This document shows positions 33,713-46,711 of a stretch of DNA of 51,811 nt, piece by piece (the first letter of the stretch is position 1; every line of letters starts with the position of its first letter). The position numbers and the translations under genes are program-made. The notes below the pieces were generated by a model. The model worked only from the letters and a program-made list of their open reading frames with translations. It had not been told where the DNA came from and made no database searches. Where the stretch lies: NCBI GenBank assembly GCA_964016885.1, contig CAXHJY010000299.1, positions 1-51,811 on the forward strand, in the 5' to 3' direction. This stretch comes from Eledone cirrhosa. Its lineage: Eukaryota.

Positions 33713-35385
33713 TAAAATAAAGGTAAATAAAATGTCAAATGTTTAAAATTTAGCTTCGTTTATTACTGCTATATATATTTCAGTGACAGCCATCTTTGGC
33801 TGTGACCTCTTCAGGCAATTTGAATTAGTGTGGTATAGACAAGTACATATGTTGTTGAGGTGTATAATTTTGTCAATACTCTTATATGCCCAGTTCCTGG
33901 TTGGGTTGTTATTTCTCTGAGGAACTGGAATCATATGAATTCAAACAAACGAATTTCAGTGTCAAAGGGCCTCTTCTCCTCTCATTGGTCAGTTGTTAGA
34001 ACATTCCTCATTCTAAGTGTTGTTATTGTTGGAGTTAGCTTAACGAATTGATAAAGTGGTAGAAGGGACAAGGTGTTAAAGGAACAAAATAACAAAAAAG
34101 TGTCAAACTTCCCATTGGTCAGTTCTGAGAGCATTCCTCAGTCAGAAGTCTATAGAATTCTTTCTGGGGTAAGGCTCCCTGTAGTGTTTGTGTTTGCTAT
34201 TGTTAAGTACATTTGACCTCTACCATTATTTTGGTAGTGTTGTTGGTGTTGTGGTCAGCTTATGTCTTGCTGCTGCTGACAATTTAGAAGTATCCAGTGT
34301 GTGTTTTTTTCTTCATCCTTCCTGCCACCATCTCTCATAGTGGTGGTGGTGGTGGTGGTGGTGGTGGGGGGGGGGGGGGGTTCTTCCATGTATATGAAGA
34401 AATATAAGGCAATAAATGAAGAAAACAAAATAAATAATATAATAAAATAATTAATATAATTTGTATAATTTGAAAATAAAGAAATAGAGAATAAAGAATA
34501 AAGAATAAAGAATAAAGAATAAATGAAAAATTGGTGAAAAGTAATGAAAATGAATATGGAGAAGTGAAAAATAATGTAGGATAAAGTGTGTGTGCGCTAT
34601 AACCAATCTCAAGGTCAGAAATATGTTGGATAGATTGGTATGAGGACAAGATGTTAAAATAAGATAATCGAACAAAATGTGTTTGTGTTATAATCAATGT
34701 CAACTTAAAAATAAATATAAGGTGATACAGTGAAGAGGGCAGAAAACAAATAAATTAATAAAGAGAAATCAAGATTTAACATTGGAACTTGAAAATCAGA
34801 AATCAGGTAAATTAAAAAGTGTTTGTGTTATATAGATGTTGGCCAAATTATAATGGCTGTGTCCGATTCAATCTCTAGGCTATCATGGTGTCTGCTCAGC
34901 CTGGGTTGTTCTACATGGCTTGGGGGAGTTCACAACCTAGGGTGTTGTTACTGCCCATATAGCTTGAGGGAGGTCTGGCAGAGAGGTGTTTACATGTTCT
35001 GTAGAAGTCCCTATAGCTTGAGGGGATGAGGGGAGTTCACATCTTGTGTTGCCACTGTCCATATATCTTGAGGTGTCTGCATGTCCCGAAGAAGTCAGTT
35101 CTGAGGTTTATCAAGCCGCTTCCACCTCTTAGTATCTCCGAACACCTCCACATAGGAGCCACATCAACGAGCTTTAAAGACCGCTGGTACAACCATCGCC
35201 ATTCATTCAATAAGGAGGCCAAAAGGAAAAGCACGGCACTCTCCGACCTGATCTGGAAGCTTAAGCTGGACAGGACCCCGGACTCTCTGGCCTGGTACAT
35301 AATCAGGAAAGTACCACCCGATAAAGGTGGATCTTGCATATGCAGACTATGCCTGACCGAGACCCTCGAGATACTAAGATACTAA
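33713..35385 (-). mobile_element. 3' part of a PLE (GIY-YIG C-terminus, UTR, pLTR with hammerhead 33765-33819) with inverted 5' segment
   Basis: Plus 35139-35379 encodes HIGATSTSFKDRWYNHRHSF..LSDLIWKLK..CRLCLTETLEILR; minus from 35138 continues EILRGGSGLINLRTDFFGTCRH. Confidence 0.85.
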
Positions 35386-35605
35386 TTAGAGCAAACATAA
35401 CGGGCGACCTATCTCAAAATTATTTTTGAAAAGCATTAGAAATGCTCAACCGGTAAAATTTAAAACCAAAACTGAATACTAAGCAATACTATTACTAATT
35501 TTTACTTATTCCTAATTAAACTATTTTTCACTGGGAACAATTTGTCAGTATTTTCTTTTCCGTTTACCAATATATCATAACTCGTGTGTTACACCTCTGT
35601 TCTTT

Positions 35606-35610
<5 letters not shown>
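35386..35610 (+). mobile_element. Solo pLTR fragment (29181 family)
   Basis: Colinear with 29181-29415. Confidence 0.85.
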
Positions 35611-35651
<41 letters not shown>

Positions 35652-35654
<3 letters not shown>

Positions 35655-37599
35655 TCCAATAAAAACACCTGTTACTTACGGCTACAAGAACTAAAAAGAC
35701 ACACTCATAGGCAGGGACTACCCTGCATCACTAATTGACAATGGAATCCAACGTGCCCTAAAACTCAGTACCCAGGACCTTAGACACCCTAAAGTAAATC
35801 AACCGAAACTAAAAGCTCTTCCATACATCTCGACACACAACCCTCTCAACAATGAGGCCTTTGACACCATCCTCCAGAACATCCGTGTTAAAAAAGGACC
35901 ATAGAATGAACCAAATCCTACGAACACACGATATCATAAAGAGCAAAAGACAATCTAAGTCAATTAAAAACATCCTAACACATGCCAAAGTACTGCCAAC
36001 CACAACAACGAAACCCACAGTAAAAAAAATGCGATAGACCCAACTGTGGCATTTGCATCAACCTAATAGAGGGTTCGGAATTCTATTTCAAAGAAGTACA
36101 ACGTTTTATAGTAAAACACAATTTCACATGCGCATCAGAAAATCTAATATATGTATTAACTTGCTCAGGTTGTCGAGAACAATACATAGGCCAGACCAAA
36201 TACAGCCTCCGCCAGCGCATGACTGTCCATAGATCCCAAATTGAAATACGGGAATACAGAAAAATACCACTGAGTGAACACATTGATACCTGTGCCGCCC
36301 CAAATCATCCCAACTTCAGAATCTTTCCCCTCTACAAATTTAAAGATAATGCCACCCACACCTAGCGCATCAGCAAGGAATCTTACTTTAACAAATACGG
36401 ACCCCGTCTAAACATTTCTCCCTAAGACGAACCCACAACATACACACGTCAACATACATACCTACATCAGCATACATCCTACATACATCTCTATCCACAT
36501 ATAAACACAATGACATACGTAAACACACATGTTCTATGGTGCAACACAAATATACACAAATTTGCATACCTTTTGATGTCTATAGATATAAACGTGCCAA
36601 CACACACACATACATATACGCACACATGCATTGCACACTGATGGGCACACACATATTTGTACACAAGTATTCCAATACGGCAAGGCCTAATGGATTCCCC
36701 TTGCAGTACGTACAATCTGGACACTCACACACGCCTTGGTCCTCACACACGCCTTGGTCTTATGCCAATACTATATATCATTTCACACCTTTTATTATTA
36801 AGGTTTTTGATGTTCTATTGAGAGAATCGTTTTTACTGAAATATCGAATAATGTACACCATTTTTACCAGTATCACAAAAATACTGGTCCACCCACACAT
36901 TTTCACACACACATATATACACACACACACATGCGTACATTAACATACAAAGAGACATATACACACACACACACACACTTCTCCGTATAAGACAAGAGCT
37001 GAACAATATCTGTTAACATGTTAAAATATCCCCCACACACGTACAGACAATTCCTACTGACCGATCCCTCTACCACGAATTACTCTGCTACACACACACA
37101 CACACACACACACACGTCTTAATAGGCATCTGAACTGTTGACCTGTCAGCAGGCTGCGGTTCGCACACTCATCCCTGCTGACCATTATCACAACAACGAA
37201 CCTCTTTATTACTACTACACACATACACACACACACATATTTGTCTTGAAAGACTTATTTTTCAGTGACTTCTCAATCAGCCGAAACAAACCTACATTTG
37301 GCGCAAAATCAATTTTTAACATTCACATGACCTCTACCGACCAATCAAAATTGTTTTGATCACAAGAATTTTTTCATACATCTGGAGCCACTTTTTTTTA
37401 CATAAAACAGTTAGAATTTCCAAAACTATCAGATTAGAGCAAACATCACGGGCGCTCTATCTCAAAATTATTTTTGAAAAGCATTAGAAATGCGCAACCG
37501 GTAAAAACTTAAAACCAAAACTGAATACTAACCAATACTATTACTAATTTTTGCTTATTCCTAATTAAACAATTTTGTCAGCATTTTCTTTTCCTTTTA

Positions 37600-37605
<6 letters not shown>
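35652..37605 (+). mobile_element. 5'-truncated Neptune-like PLE: thumb/GIY-YIG pseudogene (35652-36425), long UTR, pLTR
   Basis: YPASLIDNGIQRA, KSKRQSKSIKNILTHAK, CDRPNCGIC, NLIYVLTCSGCREQYIGQT, IPLSEH with frameshifts and a stop; homologous to 6800-7558. Confidence 0.9.
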
Positions 37606-37634
<29 letters not shown>

Positions 37635-37655
37635 TGTATAAATATATATATATAT

Positions 37656-38060
37656 TAGAAAGTGAGTTTTTTTTTACAAAATGAAAAATAACCGAGGTGT
37701 CCTACACGAGTGAAAGTATAAAGAAAAAAAGATGAAATCGAAAATGCAACTGGATTCTTATTTTTTTTTAAATATATATATTTATTTGGTTCCTTTACCG
37801 GTTTCGCAGTTCTTCTGCTTTTCAAAAGTAGAGTTGAGATGGAGGGTCTGTGGTTTTTCTCAGATCTGGTTGGTCTCTGAATTTTACTTGTTTTATATGG
37901 AAAAAAGTGGCTAGAAATGCCAGGTTTTTAGAGAAGTAATTTGATTGGTTGGTCAATAATTATAATAAATTTCGCGCCAGTTCGCGTTACAAAGTTCTTC
38001 AAACAGGGGGTGGAGGGACAGGTTGTTTTTTCATATATGAGTGTTTGAATTATTTTTACT
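37656..38060 (-). mobile_element. pLTR-like element with promoter motifs and variant hammerhead (37793-37828)
   Basis: 37656-37868 matches 28570-28781; minus GCCACTTTTTTCCATATAAAA and CCAAT upstream. Confidence 0.82.
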
Positions 38061-38061
38061 T

Positions 38062-38115
<54 letters not shown>

Positions 38116-38150
38116 CACAAGAATCAAAGTTATGTTTAAAACATTTATTC

Positions 38151-38195
38151 GCTGACAATTGTTTCTTCCAACCCTAGGCTTGGATCCTTCGGAGC
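38151..38195 (-). ncRNA. Decayed hammerhead-like motif
   Basis: Minus GCT-CCGAAGG-TCCAA..TTGGA-A-GAAA-CAATTG-TC-AGC. Confidence 0.5.
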
Positions 38196-38924
38196 ATTTT
38201 TAATGTTTGTACATATAATTGACTTCCTACTCAACCGAAGAAACATACAGATACATATATATATATATATTGATGTTGTGTACAACAGTTTCATGTTTAC
38301 AGTGTGGAATTGATGCGACATATATTATATTATACTATATTTGTACAATAATTCAAATTAAGATTAAAATCAAAATTAAATTTAAAAACAAGATTAAAAG
38401 CATATGTTGGCATATATGCGACAGATAATACAGATAATACAAGAGAATAATCTAATAATTAAATTAAAGAGATAGTATATGCGTTAGTCATATATAAAGA
38501 GATGGAACAAGCAAATGTATCATGTATATATGAGTACTGTATGGCAAAGCATTACATGAAATACAAGCACTTTAAGCGAGTATGTTAGTGTATTATGGTG
38601 GCTGCAATGCGCGGATATCTTCTGTATAGTTCAAATTTGTATGTGTGCAGAAAAAGAAAGTACAGTTTTGTCATCCATCACATAAGTTACGATATATTTG
38701 TATTGAATGTGTGTTATAGTAATGGATTGTAATGTATTGTAACTTAGTGTTATTTAATCCATATTTATAGATTAGGGTCCTTCAGCTGCGAGAATTTGCA
38801 GCGGTTTACTATCCGGAAGCGGGTATGTAATTAAGAGGAGCTAATGTGTAAGGGGAGGTAACTAGCTGATTATAATAATTAAATTCATTGCTCTAATAGA
38901 CATTATATGGTGCCTCAATTGAGT

Positions 38925-39150
38925 CCCTTATATAAAACGTCATATATTTATATTTAATTTTAAATACAGTCTACTCTCTCATAATATATTAAAGGTTTCA
39001 ATAGAAAGTTGTCTAACCAATATTATGTAGTGCTATAATTGAATTTCCCATATAAAGTGCTATATATTTATATCACATTAACCTTAAATACAGTCTACTC
39101 TCAAAACATATTAAAGGTCCAATTAGATTTTTGTCTACCCAACATTTGGT
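38925..39150. repeat. Diverged ~120-bp tandem duplication
   Basis: TTAAATACAGTCTACTCTC..ATATTAAAGGT occurs twice. Confidence 0.75.
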
Positions 39151-39299
39151 AAGCTATGGAATAACTTACAGCTGTTTGCATGATAAATTAGATACATCTC
39201 TTGAGTAAATAAATTCATCCTTTATATACAATGTTATTAATCCATACATTTAATTATAAATGTATATATAATTCACTGTTCCATATTACATATGAGTTA

Positions 39300-39331
<32 letters not shown>

Positions 39332-39346
39332 CTGTATAAATATATA

Positions 39347-39790
39347 TAGTTATGTAATAAACAACATAAGATAATTATTTCATTTACCAGTGCTTTCAAG
39401 AAACCATTAGTAAATGAAATAATTATCTTATGTTGTTTATTACATAACTAATAAGCTCTGTAACCTTCATAGAACACTCATTTTTCCTGGACCTTTCCGA
39501 CGGAATTACTTCATAAATATATATATAAATATATATATAATTACAAACTGAACAACACAAAATATAACTACGCCATTACCAAAGGTTTCTGGATTCCAGA
39601 CAATATTAATATACGTCTGGATCGGTCATCAGGCAGAGATGATAACATTTCTGTATATTAATATTGTCTGCGATCCAGAAACCTTTGGTAATGGAGTAGT
39701 TATATCTGGTGTTGTTCCCTTTCTAATTAAATAGCTCTGTTTTATACATAGAGCACTCTTTTTTCCTTTGCCTTTCCTTCAGAATTACCT
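39347..39790 (+). mobile_element. Two adjacent related palindrome-plus-tail elements (39347-39515, 39537-39790) with hammerhead remnants
   Basis: Arms 39347-39387/39410-39450 and 39537-39614/39653-39729; shared tail AGCTCTGT..CATAGA.CACTC. Confidence 0.8.
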
Positions 39791-39822
39791 AACACACACA
39801 CGCACACACGTTATATATATAT

Positions 39823-39897
<75 letters not shown>

Positions 39898-39964
39898 ATT
39901 AAAAACTCACAATAGTCCACTTTCATTAAAATAGCCCCAGGAAAATGTTTTCCGAGCCGTATAA

Positions 39965-40370
39965 TATAATTGTTTCTACTTTTGGCACAAGGCCAGCAAT
40001 TAACCAGTGTATTACTGGTACTTTATTTTATCGACCCCGTAAGGATGAAAGGCAAAGTTAACCTCGACGGGATTTGAACTCTGATTGACAAGGGCCATAA
40101 CTCCATGCGTCAAAGCATGGCGTCCGACCCTCTGCCGATACTGCCAATCCACCGCATTGAGCCATATAATATAACAAAGAGGCGGTGGATTGGCAGTATC
40201 GGTAGAGGGTTGGACGCCATGCTTTGACGCATGGAGTTATGGCCCTTGTCAATCAGAGTTCAAATCCCGCCGAGGTTGAGTTTGCCTTTCATCCTTACGG
40301 GGTCGATAAAATAAAGTACCAGTAATGAACTGGGTTATTGCTGGCCTTGTGCCTAAAGTAGAAACAAATT
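39965..40370. mobile_element. Head-to-head pair of SINE family A
   Basis: Minus 39965-40155 and plus 40180-40370, each with its own flanking direct repeat. Confidence 0.92.
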
Positions 40371-40563
40371 TAACAAAGAGAGAAAATCACATATATATAC
40401 GTATATGCGTTCAAATCCCAGGGGAAGTATACCGCCAGGGTGAAGAAATTACTAATTATGGATAATACGGTTTGCTAGACTCAAAATGATAAATTAAGAA
40501 TACAAACCGGGTTTGTGGTTTGAACACATATGTGTATATCTGTGTTTTTCTCTCTTTATATAT

Positions 40564-40597
<34 letters not shown>

Positions 40598-40601
<4 letters not shown>

Positions 40602-40780
40602 AATGGCAGAATCGGTAGAGCGTTGGACACCATGCTTTGTAGCATAGAGTTATGGCCCTTTACGGTCAGAGTTCAAATCCCGCCGAGGTCAACTTTGCCT
40701 TTCATCCTTACGGGGTAGATAAAATAAAGTACCAGTAATGCACTGTGGGATAATTGCAGGCCTTGTGCAAAAGTAGAAGC
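40598..40780 (+). mobile_element. SINE family A
   Basis: Consensus match. Confidence 0.88.
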
Positions 40781-40784
40781 ATAC

Positions 40785-40935
40785 TAGGAGTAGGAAGCTG
40801 TCATTCCCTGGCGTTATCTCTAGGGATACGGGAATCAGTAGACAGGACCTGGGGGCAGCGATGGAGGACAGGGAATTCTGGGGCATGAGAGTGAGATCCA
40901 TCATCTCGACAGTAGTCGACGAATGATGATGATGA
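40785..40935 (+). pseudogene. RTE-like LINE 3' end with (GAT)n tail
   Basis: RKLSFPGVISRDTGISRQDLGAAMEDREFW..; similar to 43730-43840. Confidence 0.62.
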
Positions 40936-41021
40936 TATATATATATATATATGGAAAGAGAAAGAGAAGGAGAGAGAAAGAGGGGAAAATGGAGGCAGAG
41001 AGAAAGAGGGAGAAAGAGAGA

Positions 41022-41066
<45 letters not shown>

Positions 41067-41262
41067 CAGTCAGAAAGAGAAGGAATCAAGTTGGAAAAAA
41101 GGCAAAAATGAAAAGTGAAAACAAATATTAAATAGCACAAAAATTGCACCGAGTCAAGGGAGATCACTCTACAAATAGTTTTACAGAGTTATTTCCTCTA
41201 AAAATAGTAAACAAATTAATCTGCTCTTCTGATGACTGTCAATACGCCGCCCCCACTATAAT

Positions 41263-41452
41263 ACAATTGTTTCTACTTTAGGCACAAGGCCAGCAATAAC
41301 CCAGTACATTACTGGTACTTTATTTTATCGACCCCTTAAGGATGAAAGGCAAAGTTAACCTCGGCGGGATTTGAACTCAGACAGAAAAGGGACGTAACTA
41401 TGCTAGGAAACATGGCGTCCAACCCTCTACCGATACTGCCAATTCACCACCC
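41263..41452 (-). mobile_element. SINE family A with 16-bp flanking direct repeat
   Basis: CCCACTATAATACAAT at 41252 and 41450. Confidence 0.9.
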
Positions 41453-41679
41453 ACTATAATACAATGAAGGGGAAAACTAGTATTTCACGTCGCAGGAAAT
41501 ACGAATGTCTATCTATATTAATGAAAATAGAAACTGGTCCATCAGCTGCTGGAAAATGAAATCGTACGGACATCACAGAGTAATTCAACGTCTCCTGGTC
41601 ATTTTAAGTCCTGACAGATACCATCCCTTCTCAGGGTCTGGCACTGGGCAACGAGAGATCTCTACCTGGTAGGGTGACA

Positions 41680-41820
41680 AATTGACTTTGTAAACACCCA
41701 CAAAATTATTAACCATCTTGCCAACAACAACCCTGAGCACCTTTTTGAATTGCATGGATATGCCTTCAAATTCAGAAAACAGCACAGCTCCCATAACTTT
41801 CGGAACATTTTCTCACGCTC
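41680..41820 (+). pseudogene. CR1-like LINE 3' coding fragment
   Basis: DFVNTHKIINHL..LFELHGYAFKFRKQHS..RNIFS resembles the CR1 ORF2 end. Confidence 0.55.
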
Positions 41821-41892
41821 AGAGTACTCGATACTTAGGGTAGTAGAGTGGGTAATAGGAAAAGAGCCAGGAGCCCGACCGTGTCGACAGTT

Positions 41893-41981
<89 letters not shown>

Positions 41982-42300
41982 GGAAAATTTTAACAGGAAC
42001 AAAACAGAGAGGCAGTACAACGAATGTTTATTAATTTCACGCTCTTGAGAGTGGGGGTGCTGGTGGGGAACGACGTTTCGGGCATAAGCCCTTCCATGTT
42101 TTATGATTATATATATATATATATATATATATAATCATAAAACATGTCTATAGAATCACCAGATAAAATATATACCGCTTCCTCTCCCAATTAGCATAAT
42201 TAACCATATAAAAAATCGATTAGACCAAGCTATAAGAATAAAGGCTTCTATGAAGAAATCTCCGACAAATAACCGAAAGCAGCCCTATCTACATAGATGA

Positions 42301-42349
42301 GATTCTACAGGACTAGAACTGTTTCATTCTTGAGAAATCATCAGGAATC
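42301..42349 (-). ncRNA. Type I hammerhead ribozyme
   Basis: Minus GATTC-CTGATGA-TTTCTCAAGAAT-GAAA-CAG..CTG-TA-GAATC. Confidence 0.85.
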
Positions 42350-42404
42350 TATGTATTGAGTACCTTACTTACTGTGGTTACCTCCGATTCAACCCGGAAT
42401 AACT

Positions 42405-42460
<56 letters not shown>

Positions 42461-42879
42461 ATAATAATAAATTTGAAGACTAAAATCCAAAGAGCGCTCG
42501 ATAAGAATAAATATATATCAATATATCGATTCTTTGCTTAAACTTTAATCTGTTATTTTAATATATATTTATATATATATATATATATATATACATTATA
42601 TATACACGGACACATGTATATCATGATTCATACACTGTTCACTTTCCTGATATTTGTACATTATTCTATGTACTATACACGCACATTTGATGAGTTATAG
42701 TGCACCTGAGCACTGTACGCAATAATTTCATTATTATTATTAAACTCTCACGTAAAGTCTTCCTTCTTTCACAGACGTCAAACCACTCTTAACTGGTCTA
42801 CCTTGTCCCTCAAACCCTCTTCACCCCCTCTCCCACACTGGTTTCCACTGTAGGAAAACCATCACTGACCTCTTCATGG

Positions 42880-43115
42880 GTGAGCGGAGAAACCCGGATT
42901 ACGGGTAGAGTATTCGATTCACAATAGTAAGGTTGCGAATTCGATTCCAGGCCTGGGAGACGCGTTATGTCCTTGAGCAAGACACTTTACTTCATGTTGC
43001 TCTCTCTCTCTCTGCCAGGAGTTGCAACTGTTAGATTGTATCATCAATGAAAAGACCAATAGAAATATTGTTTCCTTCGTCAGATGTGACAAGTTCCATC
43101 CACTCGGTAAATGCA
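42880..43115 (+). mobile_element. SINE family B
   Basis: TTCGATTCC B-box-like motif then GTCCTTGAGCAAGACACTTTA. Confidence 0.75.
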
Positions 43116-43329
43116 CCAGGTCTTGGACCTTGTTAATCGATTCTATTGATAAATGATCGAAGAAACGTCTTCAAGCACTATCCGCAATCGTACGGTGAAG
43201 TTAATCAGGTCAGTCCAAGAATTCTTCAGTATGGTCCTAAGACACATCTATAGAAGACTTCTGCACTCCTGTAGATTCTGATGATGGTCGTCGTATTCTG
43301 ACGATTATTCAGTACGGTGCCCCTTTTCA

Positions 43330-43870
43330 GTAGAAGACTTTAAGTACCTGGTTCCCTCATAAAGGACTTCCAAATCGGTAGAACCCTGGCCTGGAATGCA
43401 TTTCATAAGGTGGATAAAGTTTGAAAATCTATTATACCAAGCAAACTTAAAGTCAGCCTGTTTAAAACAACATTTGAGCCTATCTTTCTCTATTGTTCTG
43501 AGACTTGGAACTTGCACACCCGTCTACAGAGCCATTTAGATGGATGTTACACTACGCTACTGAGAAGGGTTCATAATATTCCTCTGTCAGACTCATCCCA
43601 CTACCAGAGATACGGAAAAATACCAAAATTTAGTGCATGGCTGATTGAACGTCGTACAAGGCTTCCTGGTCACAGCTTCTATGTAAAAGGTGAGATGGTT
43701 TCATTCCTTTGCTTGCGGGTGATCCCTCTACCAGAAAGCTCAGATACTAGGATACTTTAGCAAGCGACACTGGAATTGGCAAGGATTACCTACAAACCTT
43801 GATAGGAAACAGACACTGTTGGTGTGAAATTGTGCTTTCTGTCTCACCTAAAAGTCATAGATCAGATAAG
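43330..43870 (+). pseudogene. RTE-clade LINE RT C-terminal fragment
   Basis: VEDFKYL, LAWNAFHKVDKV, LFKTTFEPIFLYCSETW, LDGCYTTLLR with stops/frameshifts. Confidence 0.8.
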
Positions 43871-43939
43871 GATGTCTCTTTCCATAACCTCCTAATTCAT
43901 GATGTCATCACTCCATGAAATTCAAGGTTTGGTCCTAAA

Positions 43940-44280
43940 GCACCTTCTCCAGCAGCAACCTGGTGCAGTCTGTGACTAACCCAGGCCCTGACGCACTTCG
44001 AGACAAGGAGGGTAAACTCTCCAAATATCGGTCGCTTTCCGACAGATTTGCAGTAGAGCCCGTAGCAGTGCTCTTGGCCCTTGGACCATCTCCCTACCCA
44101 CCACTTTTGATGTCTGGTGTCCTTGACTCTAGAGCTACCTCCCTATTCACCACCCACCATCGGCACAGAGTTGGCTACCCACAGGTGTGAGCTTCGCGAG
44201 CAGGAATGGCTCTTTCAACGCATCTCCCTCACCATCCTCGGGTGAAACACTTACTCTACTCTGTCCACCCGGGCCATGGG
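43940..44280 (+). pseudogene. CRE-like retrotransposon restriction-like endonuclease fragment
   Basis: KLSKYRSL..FAVEPVAV..LGPS, then GTELA..REQEWLFQRISLTIL. Confidence 0.68.
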
Positions 44281-44569
44281 ACGGCCATCATGTGGGCCCC
44301 CATTTGGTTATAATAGTAAAAGATGAGGAGAGCGAAAGAGACGGAGTAAGTGACAATAGAAATTTGATTCTATAATGTTGAATCCTTGTGAGGAATTATT
44401 GGTTTAGCTGAGTATATTGTTCAAGACAACTTGTGTGGAAGACATCAACAGTCCTGTAGATTATGGGGGACTTTGTCAACATCAGGCAAGTATAGGTCCC
44501 CCTTGGCACAACGATGGATATATACAGGGGGAGATTGAGGCCTTGCTACTGAAGGTGGGTATGTATGTT

Positions 44570-45330
44570 AGAGTGTTAGTGTGCGGGAGTTAGTGTGCGG
44601 GAGTTGGTGTGCGGGAGTTGGTGTGCGGGAGTTGGTGTGCGGGAGTTGGTGTGCGGGAGTTGGTGTGCGGGAGTTGGTGTGCGGGGGTTAGTGTGCGGGA
44701 GTTGGTGTGCGGGGGTTAGTGTGCGGGAGTTGGTGTGCGGGAGTGTGTGTGCGGGAGTTAGTGTGCGGGAGTTAGTGTGCGGGAGTTAGTGTGCGGGAGT
44801 TAGTGTGCGGGAGTTAGTGTGCGTGAGTTGGTGTACGGGAGTTGGTGTGCGGGAGTTGGTGTGCGGGAGTTGGTGTGCGGGAGTTGGTGTGCGGGAGTTG
44901 GTGTGCGGGAGTTGGTGTGCGGGAGTTGGTGTGCGGGAGTTGGTGTGCGGGAGTTGGTGTGCGGGAGTTGGTGTGCGGGAGTTGGTGTGCGGGAGTTGGT
45001 GTGCGGGAGTTGGTGTGCGGGAGTTGGTGTGCGGGAGTTGGTGTGCGGGAGTTGGTGTGCGGGAGTTGGTGTGCGGGAGTTGGTGTGCGGGAGTTGGTGT
45101 GCCTGAGTGTGTGTGCGGGAGTTGGTGTGCGGGAGTTGGTGTGCGGGAGTTGGTGTGCGGGAGTTGGTGTGCGGGAGTTGGTGTGCGGGAGTTGGTGTGC
45201 GGGAGTTGGTGTGCGGGAGTTGGTGTGCGGGAGTTGGTGTGCGGGAGTTGGTGTGCGGGAGTTGGTGTGCGGGAGTTGGTGTGCGGGAGTTGGTGTGCGG
45301 GAGTTGGTGTGCGGGAGTTAGTGTGCCTGA
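44570..45330 (+). repeat. 14-bp minisatellite (GGTGTGCGGGAGTT)n, about 53 copies
   Basis: Direct reading. Confidence 0.97.
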
Positions 45331-45650
45331 GTGTGTGTGAGTGTGTGTGAGTGTGTGTGAGTGTGTGTGTGTGAGTGTGTGTATGTAAGTATGTGAATGT
45401 GTATATGTATAACTGTGTGTGAGTGTGTGAGCGTGTGTGAGTGTGTGATTATTAGTGTGTGTGAGTGAGCGTGTTAGTGTGTTTGTAAGTGTTAGTGTGT
45501 GTATATGTGCACCAGTGTGTGTGCGCACACCAGTGTGTGTGTATTCGTGTGTGTGTGTAAGTGTTAGTGAGTTAGTGTGTGAGTATGTGTGCACTAAGGT
45601 TTGTATGCGCACGAGCGTGTGTGTGATGTGTGTGTGCACTAATGTTTGTA

Positions 45651-45723
<73 letters not shown>

Positions 45724-46673
45724 ACACACATGTTCCTCGAATAAATTAAAAGTACATAACATTATTTTCACATTTTCATTGAAATTATAGTAAAACCTTT
45801 TCTTTATCATACACACACACACACACACACAACACACACACGCATGCATACACACATATATACAACATCCTGCAGACATGTACGCACACAACATCGCATA
45901 AAACACACACACACACACCGCACACATACAACATCTTGCACAGACACACCCACTCCTACAAACAGCCACACACTCGCACAAAACACCACACAGCCACACA
46001 CATATATTTACATGTCCCACATGTTATGTGTCATAGATAAACAGCATTATCGATTAGTGAATTCGAATAATTAGTGATACTTCTTTAAAGAGATGGAGAG
46101 AGAGGGAGAGAGAGAGGGAGAGAGAGGGGGAGAGAGAGGGGGAGAGAGGGAGAGGGAGAGAGAGGGGGAGAGAGGGAGATGGAGAGAGAGGGGGAGGGGG
46201 AGGGGGAGACATGGGGGGATAGAGGGGGGAGAGAGGGGGAGGGAGAGAGAGAGGGAGAGAGGAGGAGAGAGAGGGAGGAGATATGGGGAGAAGGGGAGAA
46301 AGGGAGAGATGGAGAGAAGGGGAGAAGGGGAGAAAGGGAGAGATGGGGAGAGAGGGAGGGAGAGAGAGATGGGGAGAGAGGGAGGGAGAGAGAGATGGGG
46401 AGAGATGGGGAGAGACAGAGAGAGAAAGAGATGGGGAAACAGAGAGAGAAAGAGAGATGGGGAAAGAGAGAGAGAGAGAGAGACAGAGAGAGAGATGGAG
46501 AGAGAGGAGGAGATGGGGAGGTCGGAGAGAGATGGAGAGAGAGAGAGTGACAGAGGGGGGAGGTAGCGAGAGGGAGAGGGGGAGGTAGCGAGAGGGGAGA
46601 TGAGGAGGTAGCGAGAGCGTGACGATGAGAGAGAGTGGGAGCGGCAGTTAGAGACAGAGGAACACGGGGAAGT

Positions 46674-46711
<38 letters not shown>

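Noticed and set aside
41229-41250. CTGATGA as hammerhead core
   Set aside because: Lies in a decayed SINE head remnant; no matching stems or GAAA
44570-45330. Telomeric repeat
   Set aside because: Not TTAGGG-type and internal to the sequence
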